Under the pieces are notes generated by a model that worked only from the letters and a program-made list of their open reading frames with translations, was not told the DNA's origin and ran no database searches. The position numbers and the translations under genes are program-made. A DNA stretch of 54,857 nt, from contig JAICVI010000001.1 in the NCBI GenBank assembly GCA_025935415.1, positions 1 through 54,857 on the forward strand, read 5' to 3'. The DNA comes from Chloroflexota bacterium (GTDB lineage Bacteria; Chloroflexota; Limnocylindria; Limnocylindrales; CSP1-4). Positions 1 through 8,059 of the stretch are shown here, in pieces (within the stretch, counting starts at the first letter, position 1; each line of letters opens with the position of its first letter).

Positions 1-495
1 CGTGCCGCTCCTGCCGGTGCCGCTGGCGTACCCGCCGAAGCCGTCCATCGAGCGCGTGGCGGCGGCACTCGCGGCATCGATGTCATTGACCTGGATCGTG
101 ATCTCGCCCGTCTTGATGATCAGCAGCTCGGGGCGAGCGGCGTCGAGAAGCTGGCCGGAGCCGCCGTCGCCGCCGTCCGAGCCGCCGTCCGTCCCGCCGC
201 CCGAGCCGCCGCCCGTCCCGCCGCCCGTCCCGCCGCCCGTCCCGCCGGACCCCGACCCGCCGGACGCGTCCGTGCCGCCGGAACCATCGTCCGACCCCGC
301 CTGGTCGCCGCCGCTCGACCCACCGCCGCCACCGGCGTAGTCGCCTGGGTTGCCGACGCTCGCGCCGACGGTGGACAGCACGCCGCTCACCTGTGAGCCG
401 AGCAAGGTCAGCACGCCACCGGCGAGCACGATGATCACGACCAATGCGATCACCGCCGGCTTCCAGGACCGGCCTTCGACGTCCTCGGGCGACAT
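1..495 (-). CDS. DUF4349-like membrane-anchored protein, partial (runs off the window start)
   Basis: It is absent from the ORF track because no stop lies inside the window. Reverse translation from the ATG at 495 (GAGGGAG 6 nt upstream; alternative ATG at 501) gives MSPEDVEGRSWKPAVIALVVIIVLAGGVLTLLG (a TM helix). A Gly-rich linker (GGTGGGTGGGTGGGSGGG) follows, then ELLIIKTGEITIQVNDIDAASAAATRSMDGFGGYASG. Third positions are GC-rich in this frame. The P-rich + ORF 2..340 is its mirror image. Confidence 0.6.
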   Translation of the reverse strand, partial: MSPEDVEGRSWKPAVIALVVIIVLAGGVLTLLGSQVSGVLSTVGASVGNPGDYAGGGGGSSGGDQAGSDDGSGGTDASGGSGSGGTGGGTGGGTGGGSGGGTDGGSDGGDGGSGQLLDAARPELLIIKTGEITIQVNDIDAASAAATRSMDGFGGYASGTGRSGT

Positions 496-614
496 CGCCA
501 TCTCCCTCGCTCCCCGGGCGGGGTACGACAGCGGTCGCCCGAGAGCCCGAGCCTCACATCGGGACACGCGGAAGACGAGGCGCAACAGCCGCAGGCTCCG
601 TTGCGTACTTTCCG

Positions 615-1829
615 CTAGGGGCGGTACTCGACTCCCTTGGCGGACGGCGCGGCGGCCTTCTTCGGGAGCGCCGTGCCGATCAGGGACGCATACGAAGACA
701 GCCCGCGGGCCCGGCACTCGGCGGCGAGCTGGTCAACGAGGCGGACGGGCAGCGTGGGATCGGCGAAGATCGCCGTTCCGACCTGGACCGCCACGGCGCC
801 GACGGCGAGGTAGTCGAGCACGTCGGCGAGCTCCGTCACGCCCCCGATGGCGACGATCGGGATCCGAACGGCCTGGCTGGCCTCGTAGACGATGCGCAGC
901 CCGACCGGCTTCACCGCCGGCCCCGAGAGCCCGCCGTAGACGTTCCCGAGGAGCGGTCGCTGGCGGGTCGGCGCCACCGCGATCCCGGACAGGGTGTTGA
1001 TCGCGGTCAGTGCATCCGCACCGGCGTCCTCGATGGCCCGGGCGATCGGCCGGATGTCGGCGACGTTCGGAGAGAGCTTCACGAGCAGAGGCAGGTCGGT
1101 GGCGCGGCGGACCGAGGCGGTCACGGCGCCGGCGGCCTCGGGATCGATGGCGAACTGGAGCCCGCCCCTCCCGACATTCGGGCAGCTGATGTTGAGCTCG
1201 ATGCCGGCCACGCCCGGCACGCCGTCCAGGCGTCGCGCGACCTCCGTGTAGTCCGCGATCGACTCTCCAGCGACGTTGACGATCACCGGCACCTTCCAGC
1301 CGGCCCACGTCTCCGCGTATTTCGCGAGCACCGCGTCGACGCCGGGGTTCTGCAGCCCGATCGAGTTGAGCATCCCAGCGGGCGTCTCGGTGACGCGCGG
1401 CGTCGGGTTGCCGACGCGGGGCCGGAGCGTGGTGCCCTTGCAGCAGATGGCGCCGAGGCGCTGGACCTGGACCACGTCCGCGTACTCGGTGCCGTACCCG
1501 AACGTTCCCGAGGCAACCAGGATCGGGTTCTCGAGGACGAGCCCGCGACCGAGATCGACGGACAGCGCGACCGCGGCGCCCTGGTCGCCGGCCGCGTCGC
1601 TCGATCGAAGGTCGTGCATCGCGACCGCCCGCGACGCGCTGGCCGGCCCGACGGGAGAGCCGCCACCCGCGGCCGTGCCGGCGCCTGCGCCGTTCGATGG
1701 CTGCTCCGCGGCCGGCCGCTCGATCGGCGGACGACGCACCACGGGGGCGATCGCGGGCTTGATCTTCCGAACGGTCGGGCGGCGCTTGTACGGCGTGACG
1801 GCGGTCACGACGCGACGCTTGGCCTTCAT
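615..1829 (-). CDS. pyrD: Dihydroorotate dehydrogenase, class 1B catalytic subunit (with a basic N-terminal extension)
   Basis: The core reads LVLENPILVASGTFGYG...MLNSIGLQNPG...IELNISCPN...GGLSGPAVKPVGLRIVYE...IVAIGGV. It lies directly downstream of pyrK, whose stop is at 1849. The ATG at 1829 is preceded by GGGA. The 70 codons before the alternative ATG at 1619 keep GC-rich third positions, so I chose the long form. The track ORF upstream of 1829 overlaps pyrK and is an artefact. Confidence 0.85.
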   Translation of the reverse strand: MKAKRRVVTAVTPYKRRPTVRKIKPAIAPVVRRPPIERPAAEQPSNGAGAGTAAGGGSPVGPASASRAVAMHDLRSSDAAGDQGAAVALSVDLGRGLVLENPILVASGTFGYGTEYADVVQVQRLGAICCKGTTLRPRVGNPTPRVTETPAGMLNSIGLQNPGVDAVLAKYAETWAGWKVPVIVNVAGESIADYTEVARRLDGVPGVAGIELNISCPNVGRGGLQFAIDPEAAGAVTASVRRATDLPLLVKLSPNVADIRPIARAIEDAGADALTAINTLSGIAVAPTRQRPLLGNVYGGLSGPAVKPVGLRIVYEASQAVRIPIVAIGGVTELADVLDYLAVGAVAVQVGTAIFADPTLPVRLVDQLAAECRARGLSSYASLIGTALPKKAAAPSAKGVEYRP

Positions 1830-1848
1830 CGCCGTGCGGTCCCGGGGT

Positions 1849-2712
1849 TCACTGCCACGCGGTCTCCCACTCCAGCTCGTCGGCGGCGAAGACCGGCCCC
1901 TCGCGACAGACGCGCTGCGGCGCGCCCTTCGCGTCCATGACGACGCAGCCGAGGCAGGCGCCGACGGCGCAGCCCATGTTCTGCTCCATCGAGACCTGGA
2001 GGAATGCCTTGCGCCGCGCCTGCGCCGAGCCGGCGGGGAGCGGCCGCCCGGCGCCGCGCTTCCGCCCGAGTGATGCCACGCCCAGGCGCCGGCGCCGCGT
2101 TGCCGCGAGGCCGGCGAGCGATCGCAGCATCGGCAGCGGGCCGCACGCAAAGGCCTGATCGGCCCAGGCCTCGTACGCCTCGACGAGCTCCGTGACGAAT
2201 CCGTGGTGGCCGACGCTCCCGTCGTCGGTCGCGACGACGTACTCGACCTCGTCGGGCAGCAGCGACGAGGGGTAGACGTCTCGCGCCGTCGCGCCGCCGA
2301 AGAGCAGCACGACCTGGCGGCCGTCACGAATGGCCTCGTCGGCCAGTGATCGGACGCCGGCGATCCCGAGCCCGCCGGCGACCAGCAGGAGATGTCGGGA
2401 TCGGGGATCCACCTCGAACGGCCTTCCCAGCGGCCCGAGCATGTCCACGCGGTCGCCGGGCCGGAGCCGGGTGAACCACTCCGTTCCCCGCCCGATCGTG
2501 CGGAAGTGGATGCTCAGGGTTCCGCTGGCGACATCGATCGTGTTGAACGAGAACGGCCGGCGCAGCACGAGGCCGGAGTAGTCACCGGTCCTGACGTGGA
2601 CGAACTGGCCGGCACGGGCGCCGGCCACGATCTCCGGGGCACGGTAGTCCTGCAGCCACTGGCCGGGCAGGATCTCGCGACTGTCGATGAGCTCGGCGCC
2701 GGCAAGGCGCAT
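1849..2712 (-). CDS. pyrK: Dihydroorotate dehydrogenase electron-transfer subunit (FAD/NAD-binding, 2Fe-2S)
   Basis: This 287-aa protein has a ferredoxin-reductase-type fold (RRPFSF, LLVAGGLGIAG). It has a C-terminal Cys cluster, CAVGACLGCVV...VCREGPVF. It sits immediately upstream of pyrD. Confidence 0.9.
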   Translation of the reverse strand: MRLAGAELIDSREILPGQWLQDYRAPEIVAGARAGQFVHVRTGDYSGLVLRRPFSFNTIDVASGTLSIHFRTIGRGTEWFTRLRPGDRVDMLGPLGRPFEVDPRSRHLLLVAGGLGIAGVRSLADEAIRDGRQVVLLFGGATARDVYPSSLLPDEVEYVVATDDGSVGHHGFVTELVEAYEAWADQAFACGPLPMLRSLAGLAATRRRRLGVASLGRKRGAGRPLPAGSAQARRKAFLQVSMEQNMGCAVGACLGCVVMDAKGAPQRVCREGPVFAADELEWETAWQ

Positions 2713-2786
2713 TGCCGCCGGCGCTCGCGGAGCCGGCGAGCGGGCGGTCGCGAGGCTCGGGTCTCGAGCGCGCGTGGCCAGGTGCG

Positions 2787-3767
2787 TTACCCCCGGCCCT
2801 GGCGATCCACGACGGCGAACTCGTCGGGATCGTCGGGATCGTCGTCGTCCGCGTCGTCGTCCGCGTCGGCCTCGCCATCGTCGTCGTCGGCATCGGCGTC
2901 GGCGCCGTCGGCGTCCGCGGCCTTCGCGTCGAGCTCGTCGTCATCCTCGTCCTCGGCGACGCCGGGGTAGGCCTCGGCGATCGCCTCGGCGAGGTCGCCG
3001 AAGACATCCGTCGGGTCGTAGTAGCGGACGATCGAGTCCGGGGTCGAGATATCGCTCCAGCCGCCCTCGCCTTCGGGCACGACCTTGCCATGGAAGCCGC
3101 CGGTGCCAAGGGTGAGCTGCTCGTCATCGTCCTCGACGATGGTGATCGTGCCGACGTGGCTCAGGAGCCCCATCGCCGCGTTCTCGAACTGCTCGATGAG
3201 GCCGGCCTCGGTGCGCTGGCTGCGATCCTGGAAATCGAGGGCCAGCTCGTACAGCGCCGTCGCCGCGGCGTCCTCGTTGGTGACCTCGGGGACGTCCGGC
3301 TGCCCGGCGGCCCACTGGTCCGCGGCAGCGGCGTAGGCCGCGTCACCGCCCTTGCGAGCCTTGCCGTTCTCGCCGCCGGTCGCGCCCTCGGGCGCATCGG
3401 AATCGTCCTCGCGCGCGCCGGCGCCGGCGTCGCTCGCCTCCGCATCCGCAAAGGCCTGCAGGATGTCGGCGGGGTTGTAGATCTCCGCGAGCTCCGCGGC
3501 GGTCTCGATGACCTCGGTCTCGGCGATCCAGTTGCCCGTGGCATCGTCGAACACGCGCGAGCGGCTCCGGAACGTGCCATCCGGCGCGACGGCCAGGTAG
3601 TCGGGATCCTCGTCGATCAGGACCAGGCCGCCGAGCTGGCGAATCTTCGCCGCGTTCGTCGACACGAACCGATCGAGCTGCTCTCCAGCGCGCACGAGGA
3701 AATCCGACCGCTCGATGTCCGCATCGCGGGCGAGGTCGGCGAGCTGGGCGTTTCGGCGCGTCTCCAT
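2787..3767 (-). CDS. Hypothetical acidic protein with an internal duplication and a poly-Asp tail
   Basis: This is a 326-aa ORF with GC-rich third positions. Two similar segments are visible: QLGGLVLIDEDPDYLAVAPDGTF...W...IYNPADILQAFADA and SHVGTITIVEDDDEQLTLGTGGF...W...YYDPTDVFGDLAEA. The C-terminus is DADGADADADDDDGEADADDDADDDDPDDPDEF. I recognise no family. Confidence 0.6.
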   Translation of the reverse strand: METRRNAQLADLARDADIERSDFLVRAGEQLDRFVSTNAAKIRQLGGLVLIDEDPDYLAVAPDGTFRSRSRVFDDATGNWIAETEVIETAAELAEIYNPADILQAFADAEASDAGAGAREDDSDAPEGATGGENGKARKGGDAAYAAAADQWAAGQPDVPEVTNEDAAATALYELALDFQDRSQRTEAGLIEQFENAAMGLLSHVGTITIVEDDDEQLTLGTGGFHGKVVPEGEGGWSDISTPDSIVRYYDPTDVFGDLAEAIAEAYPGVAEDEDDDELDAKAADADGADADADDDDGEADADDDADDDDPDDPDEFAVVDRQGRG

Positions 3768-3791
3768 TGCCGGCCTCCTTATCGCTTCACG

Positions 3792-4118
3792 TTACAGGTG
3801 GACCTTGAGCTCGGGCCCCATCCGCTCGCGGAGGAACATCGAGTGGTGGCGTTCCATGATCCATTCGGCGCCGCGATGGGCGATCGCCTGGATGCCCTCG
3901 TCGGCCTCGAGCTGGTCGAGGATCGCGTAGCTCGGCAGGTCGAACATGATCACGTTGTCGAAGTCCCAGCCGTGGGCCACGTTGAACCAGCCGACGAACC
4001 GGATCCCGTACTTCTCGCTGTAGTCGCGGACCTGCCGCGGGAACAGGGTCTTCATGTAGAACTTGAAGAACGGGTCGCGGCCGCGTCGGACGGTGAAGTA
4101 GGTCGCGAGAACGGGCAC
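3792..4118 (-). CDS. Hypothetical small soluble protein (108 aa)
   Basis: Only the 3' end of track ORF 3792..5474 looks coding. The GTG at 4118 has GGAGGA 10 nt upstream. The product is MPVLATYFTVRRGRDPFFKFYMKTLFPRQVRDYSEKYGIRFVGWFNVAHGWDFDNVIMFDLPSYAILDQLE..., possibly a small alpha/beta (Dabb/NIPSNAP-like) fold. The family was not verified. Confidence 0.55.
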   Translation of the reverse strand: MPVLATYFTVRRGRDPFFKFYMKTLFPRQVRDYSEKYGIRFVGWFNVAHGWDFDNVIMFDLPSYAILDQLEADEGIQAIAHRGAEWIMERHHSMFLRERMGPELKVHL

Positions 4119-4168
4119 GGGCGTGCGGTCCTCCGGGCAGGGTGAGCGGGTTTCGCCTGGGGCGGCGG

Positions 4169-4579
4169 CTATTCTCGCACGCCCTCGTCGCCAGCCTCGT
4201 CCTCGATCTCGCCGACGGTCTTCGTCTGCGAGCGCAGCGGTCGTCGCCGTGCGTCGGCGCGCCGATCGGCGGCGACGAGCCGGAGCAGGAAGATGATCGT
4301 CTGGCCGACGAACAGCAGGAGGACGAGGAGCGTCGCGAACAGCACGATCGTGACCAGCACGGGCCAGTTCCAGACGACGCTCATCGGCGTGAGCAGCACG
4401 ACGATCGCCAGCACGATGACCTGCAGCCAGAAGCAGCCCAGGCCCGGGCCCTTCTCCGCATCGAGCGGGGCGCCCTTGTACTCGACCGCGTGCTCGTGCG
4501 CCCGTTCGCCCGCCTGCTCGTCCGGGCGCTCCACGGGCTGTTGGCCGGCCTGCTCGGCCGGGGGACGTTCGGGGGCCAC
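4169..4579 (-). CDS. Hypothetical membrane protein
   Basis: This 136-aa protein has a charged N-terminus followed by hydrophobic helices (CFWLQVIVLAIVVLLTPMSVVWNWPVLVTIVLFATLLVLLLFVGQTIIFLLRL). It uses a GTG start. It is on the same strand as the flanking GT gene and the small protein, with tight spacing. Confidence 0.6.
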   Translation of the reverse strand: MAPERPPAEQAGQQPVERPDEQAGERAHEHAVEYKGAPLDAEKGPGLGCFWLQVIVLAIVVLLTPMSVVWNWPVLVTIVLFATLLVLLLFVGQTIIFLLRLVAADRRADARRRPLRSQTKTVGEIEDEAGDEGVRE

Positions 4580-4588
4580 GGACGGACT

Positions 4589-5905
4589 CTAGCCGAGGAC
4601 GGGATCGCCGGTCGTCGCCACCCGTTCGATGCCGTCCGCTGCCTTGACGGTTCCCGGTGCCGCCTGCATCCGTGCCGCCGCCGAGGCCATCCGCGCCCGG
4701 AGGTCCTGGTCGACCAGGAGGCGGTCGATGGCCCCGGTCAGCTCCGCGTCCTCGAAGGCGTAGGCGGGCAGGCGGACGCCGAAGCCGGTCTCCTGCACCC
4801 GCTGGGCGTTGTCCACCTGGTCCCAGAACAACGGCAGCACGACCATCGGCTTGCCGGCGTTGAAGCACTCCGTGACCGTGTTGTTGCCACCATGGGTCAC
4901 GACGAGGTCGACCTGGGGGAGGATCGCCGGCTGCGGGAGATAGCCCTCGCCGACCATCGTGTCGGGCAGCCGGATCTGGTCCGCGAGCGGGCCCTTGCTG
5001 ACGATGACGCGATGGCGGGTGGTCGCGAGGACGTCGACGAGCCGCTGCATCAGCCCGACATCGGCGGACCCGAGGCTCCCGAGCGAGAGGTAGACGAGGC
5101 CACCTTCGCCGGCGCGAAGCTGCTCCGGGAGCTCCCAGCTGCCCTCGGTGGCGCGGACGCACGAGTCCAGGCGGTGCCAGGTGGGCGACAGCGTCTGCTC
5201 CCGGGCGTAATCCGCCTCGACCGGGTAGAGGAACAGGTTGAGCCATGGCGACTCGTGGATGAAGTCGGGGCCGCCCGCGGACCAGGTGAGCCCCGGCGCT
5301 CCGCGCTCGCGGCAGAAAGCGTCGAAGTCGGTCCACATCTCGCGATGCGTCCGCTCGACCTCGGCGAGGAACTCGCGCCAGGCTGACCGGTCGGCGACGG
5401 GGTAGCCGGACGAGAACGGCGGGATCGCGGGGTCCTTGATCTCGGCCGGGTTGCAGGAGGCGATCCGGACCCACGGCCGGCCGCTCGCCGGGAGCGCCGG
5501 GAAGGCGACGACGTTGTCCTCGACGATCACATCCGGGTCGAGCTCGTCGATGATCTCGCGGAGCCGATCGTCGACGTACTTCGCGCCGTCGATGAGCGCC
5601 TGCCAGGTCGGCTGCATGAACTCGCCGAGCTGCTCGATGGTGGGCTTGCGGAAGATCGGCGCCGTGTCCCGGATGAAATCGATCCAGAACTGGCCGGGCG
5701 CCTCCGCCGTCTCGGGCTTCGGGCCGAGTCGCATCAGGCGCTCCTCGAACCCCTGCTCCTCGAGCCGTCCGGCGAACGATTCCTCGACGATGAAGACGAC
5801 CCGGTGGCCGCGCCGCCGGAGGACGTCGCCGATGCCGATGCAGTTGTTCGTCGGGCCGAACGCGCCCTCGGGGAAGAACACGATCGTGCGGGCCGGAGCG
5901 GACAT
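4589..5905 (-). CDS. GT1-family glycosyltransferase (MGT / UDP-glycosyltransferase type)
   Basis: The C-terminal nucleotide-sugar motif is VTHGGNNTVTECFNAGKPMVVLPLFWDQVDNAQRV. I chose the ATG at 5905 (MSAPARTIVFFPEGAFGPTNNCIGIGDVL) rather than the track start at 6004. Confidence 0.85.
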   Translation of the reverse strand: MSAPARTIVFFPEGAFGPTNNCIGIGDVLRRRGHRVVFIVEESFAGRLEEQGFEERLMRLGPKPETAEAPGQFWIDFIRDTAPIFRKPTIEQLGEFMQPTWQALIDGAKYVDDRLREIIDELDPDVIVEDNVVAFPALPASGRPWVRIASCNPAEIKDPAIPPFSSGYPVADRSAWREFLAEVERTHREMWTDFDAFCRERGAPGLTWSAGGPDFIHESPWLNLFLYPVEADYAREQTLSPTWHRLDSCVRATEGSWELPEQLRAGEGGLVYLSLGSLGSADVGLMQRLVDVLATTRHRVIVSKGPLADQIRLPDTMVGEGYLPQPAILPQVDLVVTHGGNNTVTECFNAGKPMVVLPLFWDQVDNAQRVQETGFGVRLPAYAFEDAELTGAIDRLLVDQDLRARMASAAARMQAAPGTVKAADGIERVATTGDPVLG

Positions 5906-5942
5906 GGCGGGATTATCGACCGCGCTCGTTACCATCCGCCGG

Positions 5943-7601
5943 GTGAGCGAGCGGGTGGACGACCGACCTGACGTGGGCTGGCACCCCGAGCCCGAGCTGC
6001 TCAACGTTCGCGACGCCGACGTGTCCCGCGAGGCGCTCCGCGCGGCCGGAGCGGCGATCTGGGAAGCGGGGCTGGACTACCTCTACGACCACGCCTTCGA
6101 GCGGGCCATGGGGGCGCCGATCGGCTACGAGGCACTCCGGCGGGAGTTCTTCGGTCCCGGCGGTAGGCCGGCTCCGGCGCCGGACGCGCCGACGACCCTC
6201 GACGCGGTCCTCGAGGAGTTCTCGGCGCGGATCGCGCCGCATACGGTGAGCGCCTGGCACCCGCGGTCGTTCGGCTACTTCACCCCGCCGCCGTTGCTCG
6301 CCTCCGTGGCCGGCGAGGTCCTCGCCCAGATCGCCCAGCAGGGCATCGACATCTGGCACGCCGGGCCGATCGGCGCCTTCGTGGAGGAAGAGGTCCTCCG
6401 CTGGCTCTGCGACCTCGTCGGCTATGCCGAGGGCAGCTTCGGGATCCTGACGTCCGGCGGCGTGATGGCGAACTTCATCGCGATGGCCGTCGTGCGCGAC
6501 GTCCACGTGCCGCGCCTCCGGGGGCTCGACGGGCCGCCGCGCGGGCGGGCGCTCGAGGGCCTGCGCGTCTACGCCTCCGACCAGACCCACTTCTCCATCG
6601 GCCGCGCGCTCGACGAGCTGGGCTTCCCGCCGGAGGCGCTCGTGGTGGTGCCCGCCGACGATGCGTTCCGGCTCCGCGGTGCGTCCGTCGCCGAGGCGAT
6701 CGCGAGGGACCGCGCAGCGGGCCTGCTCCCGATCGCGATCGCGGCGGTCGCGGGGTCGACGAACACCGGCGCGGTCGATCGCGTCGGCGAGCTCGCGGAC
6801 GTGGCCGCACGCGAGGACCTGTGGCTCCACGTGGACGCCGCCTATGGCGCGGCCGCTCGACTCTCGGCGCGCGACGCGCATCGGGTGGCGGATCTCGAGC
6901 GCGCCGATTCCGTCACGGTCGACCCGCACAAGTGGCTCTTCCAGTCGTACGACATCGGAGGGCTGGTGGTGCGCGATGGCTCCGTGCTCGAACAGGCCTT
7001 CGGCGGCCGCAGGCCGGAGTACTACCGGGCAGGGCACGGGCCGCCGAACGATCGGCCCCTCGCGGCTGGCGCGAATGGCGCAAATGGCGCGTCTGGCGCA
7101 CCCACGGACGACGATGGCGGCCACGGGTCCGGCGAGCAGCTCAACTTCTGGCGCCTGGGGTTCGAGGGCACGCGCCGCTGGCGGGCGCTGAAGCTGTGGC
7201 TGTCCTGGAAGCACGTCGGCACGAGCGGCTTCGGCCGAATGGTGGAGGCGAACATCGACCTCGCCGCGGCGATGGCTGCGCGGATCGCCGCGTCCCCTGA
7301 CTTCGAGGCGCTTCCGTCCGAGCCCGAGCTCTCCGTGGTCTGCTTCCGACACCTGCCCGACGGCCGCCCGGCGCCCGCAACGGGAACCGCGGATGGGGCG
7401 GCGCTCGACGCACACCAGGATCGCGTCCAGCAGGCGCTCGAGGCTTCCGGCGAGGGCTGGGTCTCGACCACCCGCCTGCGGGGGGCGACCTACCTGCGCG
7501 CCGGGATCCTCAACACCCAATCGACCGTAGAGGACGTCGATGCCCTCCTCGACATCCTTCGCCGGATCGCCCGCGACGTCGGTGCCGCCAGCCATGGCTG
7601 A
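5943..7601 (+). CDS. Group II pyridoxal-phosphate-dependent decarboxylase (aromatic amino acid / glutamate decarboxylase family)
   Basis: Motifs are HPRSFGYFTPPP, ILTSGGVMANFIAMAVVRD, and VTVDPHKWLFQSYDIGGLVV with the PLP lysine in DPHKW. The start was taken at GTG 5943 (alternative 5955). The track ORF 5' of that overlaps the divergent GT gene. A Gly/Asn-rich insert, AAGANGANGASGAPTDDDGG, is present. Confidence 0.85.
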   Translation: MSERVDDRPDVGWHPEPELLNVRDADVSREALRAAGAAIWEAGLDYLYDHAFERAMGAPIGYEALRREFFGPGGRPAPAPDAPTTLDAVLEEFSARIAPHTVSAWHPRSFGYFTPPPLLASVAGEVLAQIAQQGIDIWHAGPIGAFVEEEVLRWLCDLVGYAEGSFGILTSGGVMANFIAMAVVRDVHVPRLRGLDGPPRGRALEGLRVYASDQTHFSIGRALDELGFPPEALVVVPADDAFRLRGASVAEAIARDRAAGLLPIAIAAVAGSTNTGAVDRVGELADVAAREDLWLHVDAAYGAAARLSARDAHRVADLERADSVTVDPHKWLFQSYDIGGLVVRDGSVLEQAFGGRRPEYYRAGHGPPNDRPLAAGANGANGASGAPTDDDGGHGSGEQLNFWRLGFEGTRRWRALKLWLSWKHVGTSGFGRMVEANIDLAAAMAARIAASPDFEALPSEPELSVVCFRHLPDGRPAPATGTADGAALDAHQDRVQQALEASGEGWVSTTRLRGATYLRAGILNTQSTVEDVDALLDILRRIARDVGAASHG

Positions 7602-8049
7602 GCGCCTCGCGGTGGCGAACGCTCGCACACCCGAACCGGGGCACGGACCCGCAGCCGCGGCGCTGCCGCGAGTCGCCCTCCTCGTGTTCGCGCTCGCGAC
7701 GCTCGCCGCGGTCGCCACGTGGTCGGCGCCCGTCGCCCACGGCGCACCACCGGACGAGACTTGCATCCCCGGCCAGACCTTCGCCGCCGGCGGCTTCGAC
7801 GTCTGCGCTCCGCCCGCGATCGGCACGGGCGGCGGCGGCATCGCGATCGGCGGGGTGCTGCCGATTGTCCTCGCCCTCGTGGTCGGGGCCGGGCTCGCGC
7901 TCGTCGTCGTCTACCTCGTGCTCCGCCGGCGCGCCGGCGGGCCGCTCGACCCGGTCGACGCCGGGGAGTGGTGGACGTGCGCCAACTGCGGCCGTCAGAA
8001 CGTCGTGGGGAGCCCGCGCTGCTACTCCTGCGGGAGATGGCAGGCCTGA
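7594..8049 (+). CDS. Membrane-anchored protein with a C-terminal zinc ribbon
   Basis: The ATG at 7594 overlaps the decarboxylase stop by 8 nt. A signal/TM-like segment (LPRVALLVFALATLAAVATW) is followed by a second TM (GIAIGGVLPIVLALVVGAGLALVVVYLVL). It ends in WWTCANCGRQNVVGSPRCYSCGRW, a CxxC...CxxC motif. Confidence 0.65.
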   Translation: MAERLAVANARTPEPGHGPAAAALPRVALLVFALATLAAVATWSAPVAHGAPPDETCIPGQTFAAGGFDVCAPPAIGTGGGGIAIGGVLPIVLALVVGAGLALVVVYLVLRRRAGGPLDPVDAGEWWTCANCGRQNVVGSPRCYSCGRWQA

Positions 8050-8059
8050 AGCCCCGCGC

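Noticed and set aside
2-340. A proline-rich + strand ORF (PPSEPPSVPPPEPPPVPPPVPPP).
   Set aside because: It is the reverse-complement image of the Gly-rich linker of the minus-strand DUF4349-like gene, which has an RBS, a TM helix and a recognisable domain.
3792-5474. A 560-aa track ORF spanning the small protein, the membrane protein and part of the GT gene.
   Set aside because: Only the last 108 codons look coding, with an RBS plus GTG at 4118. The upstream part overlaps two well-supported genes in other frames and is R/P-rich.
5436-5942. An N-terminal 169-codon extension of the decarboxylase ORF.
   Set aside because: It overlaps the divergent glycosyltransferase coding region and is Ser/Arg-rich. 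Homology-like sequence begins only after GTG 5943.
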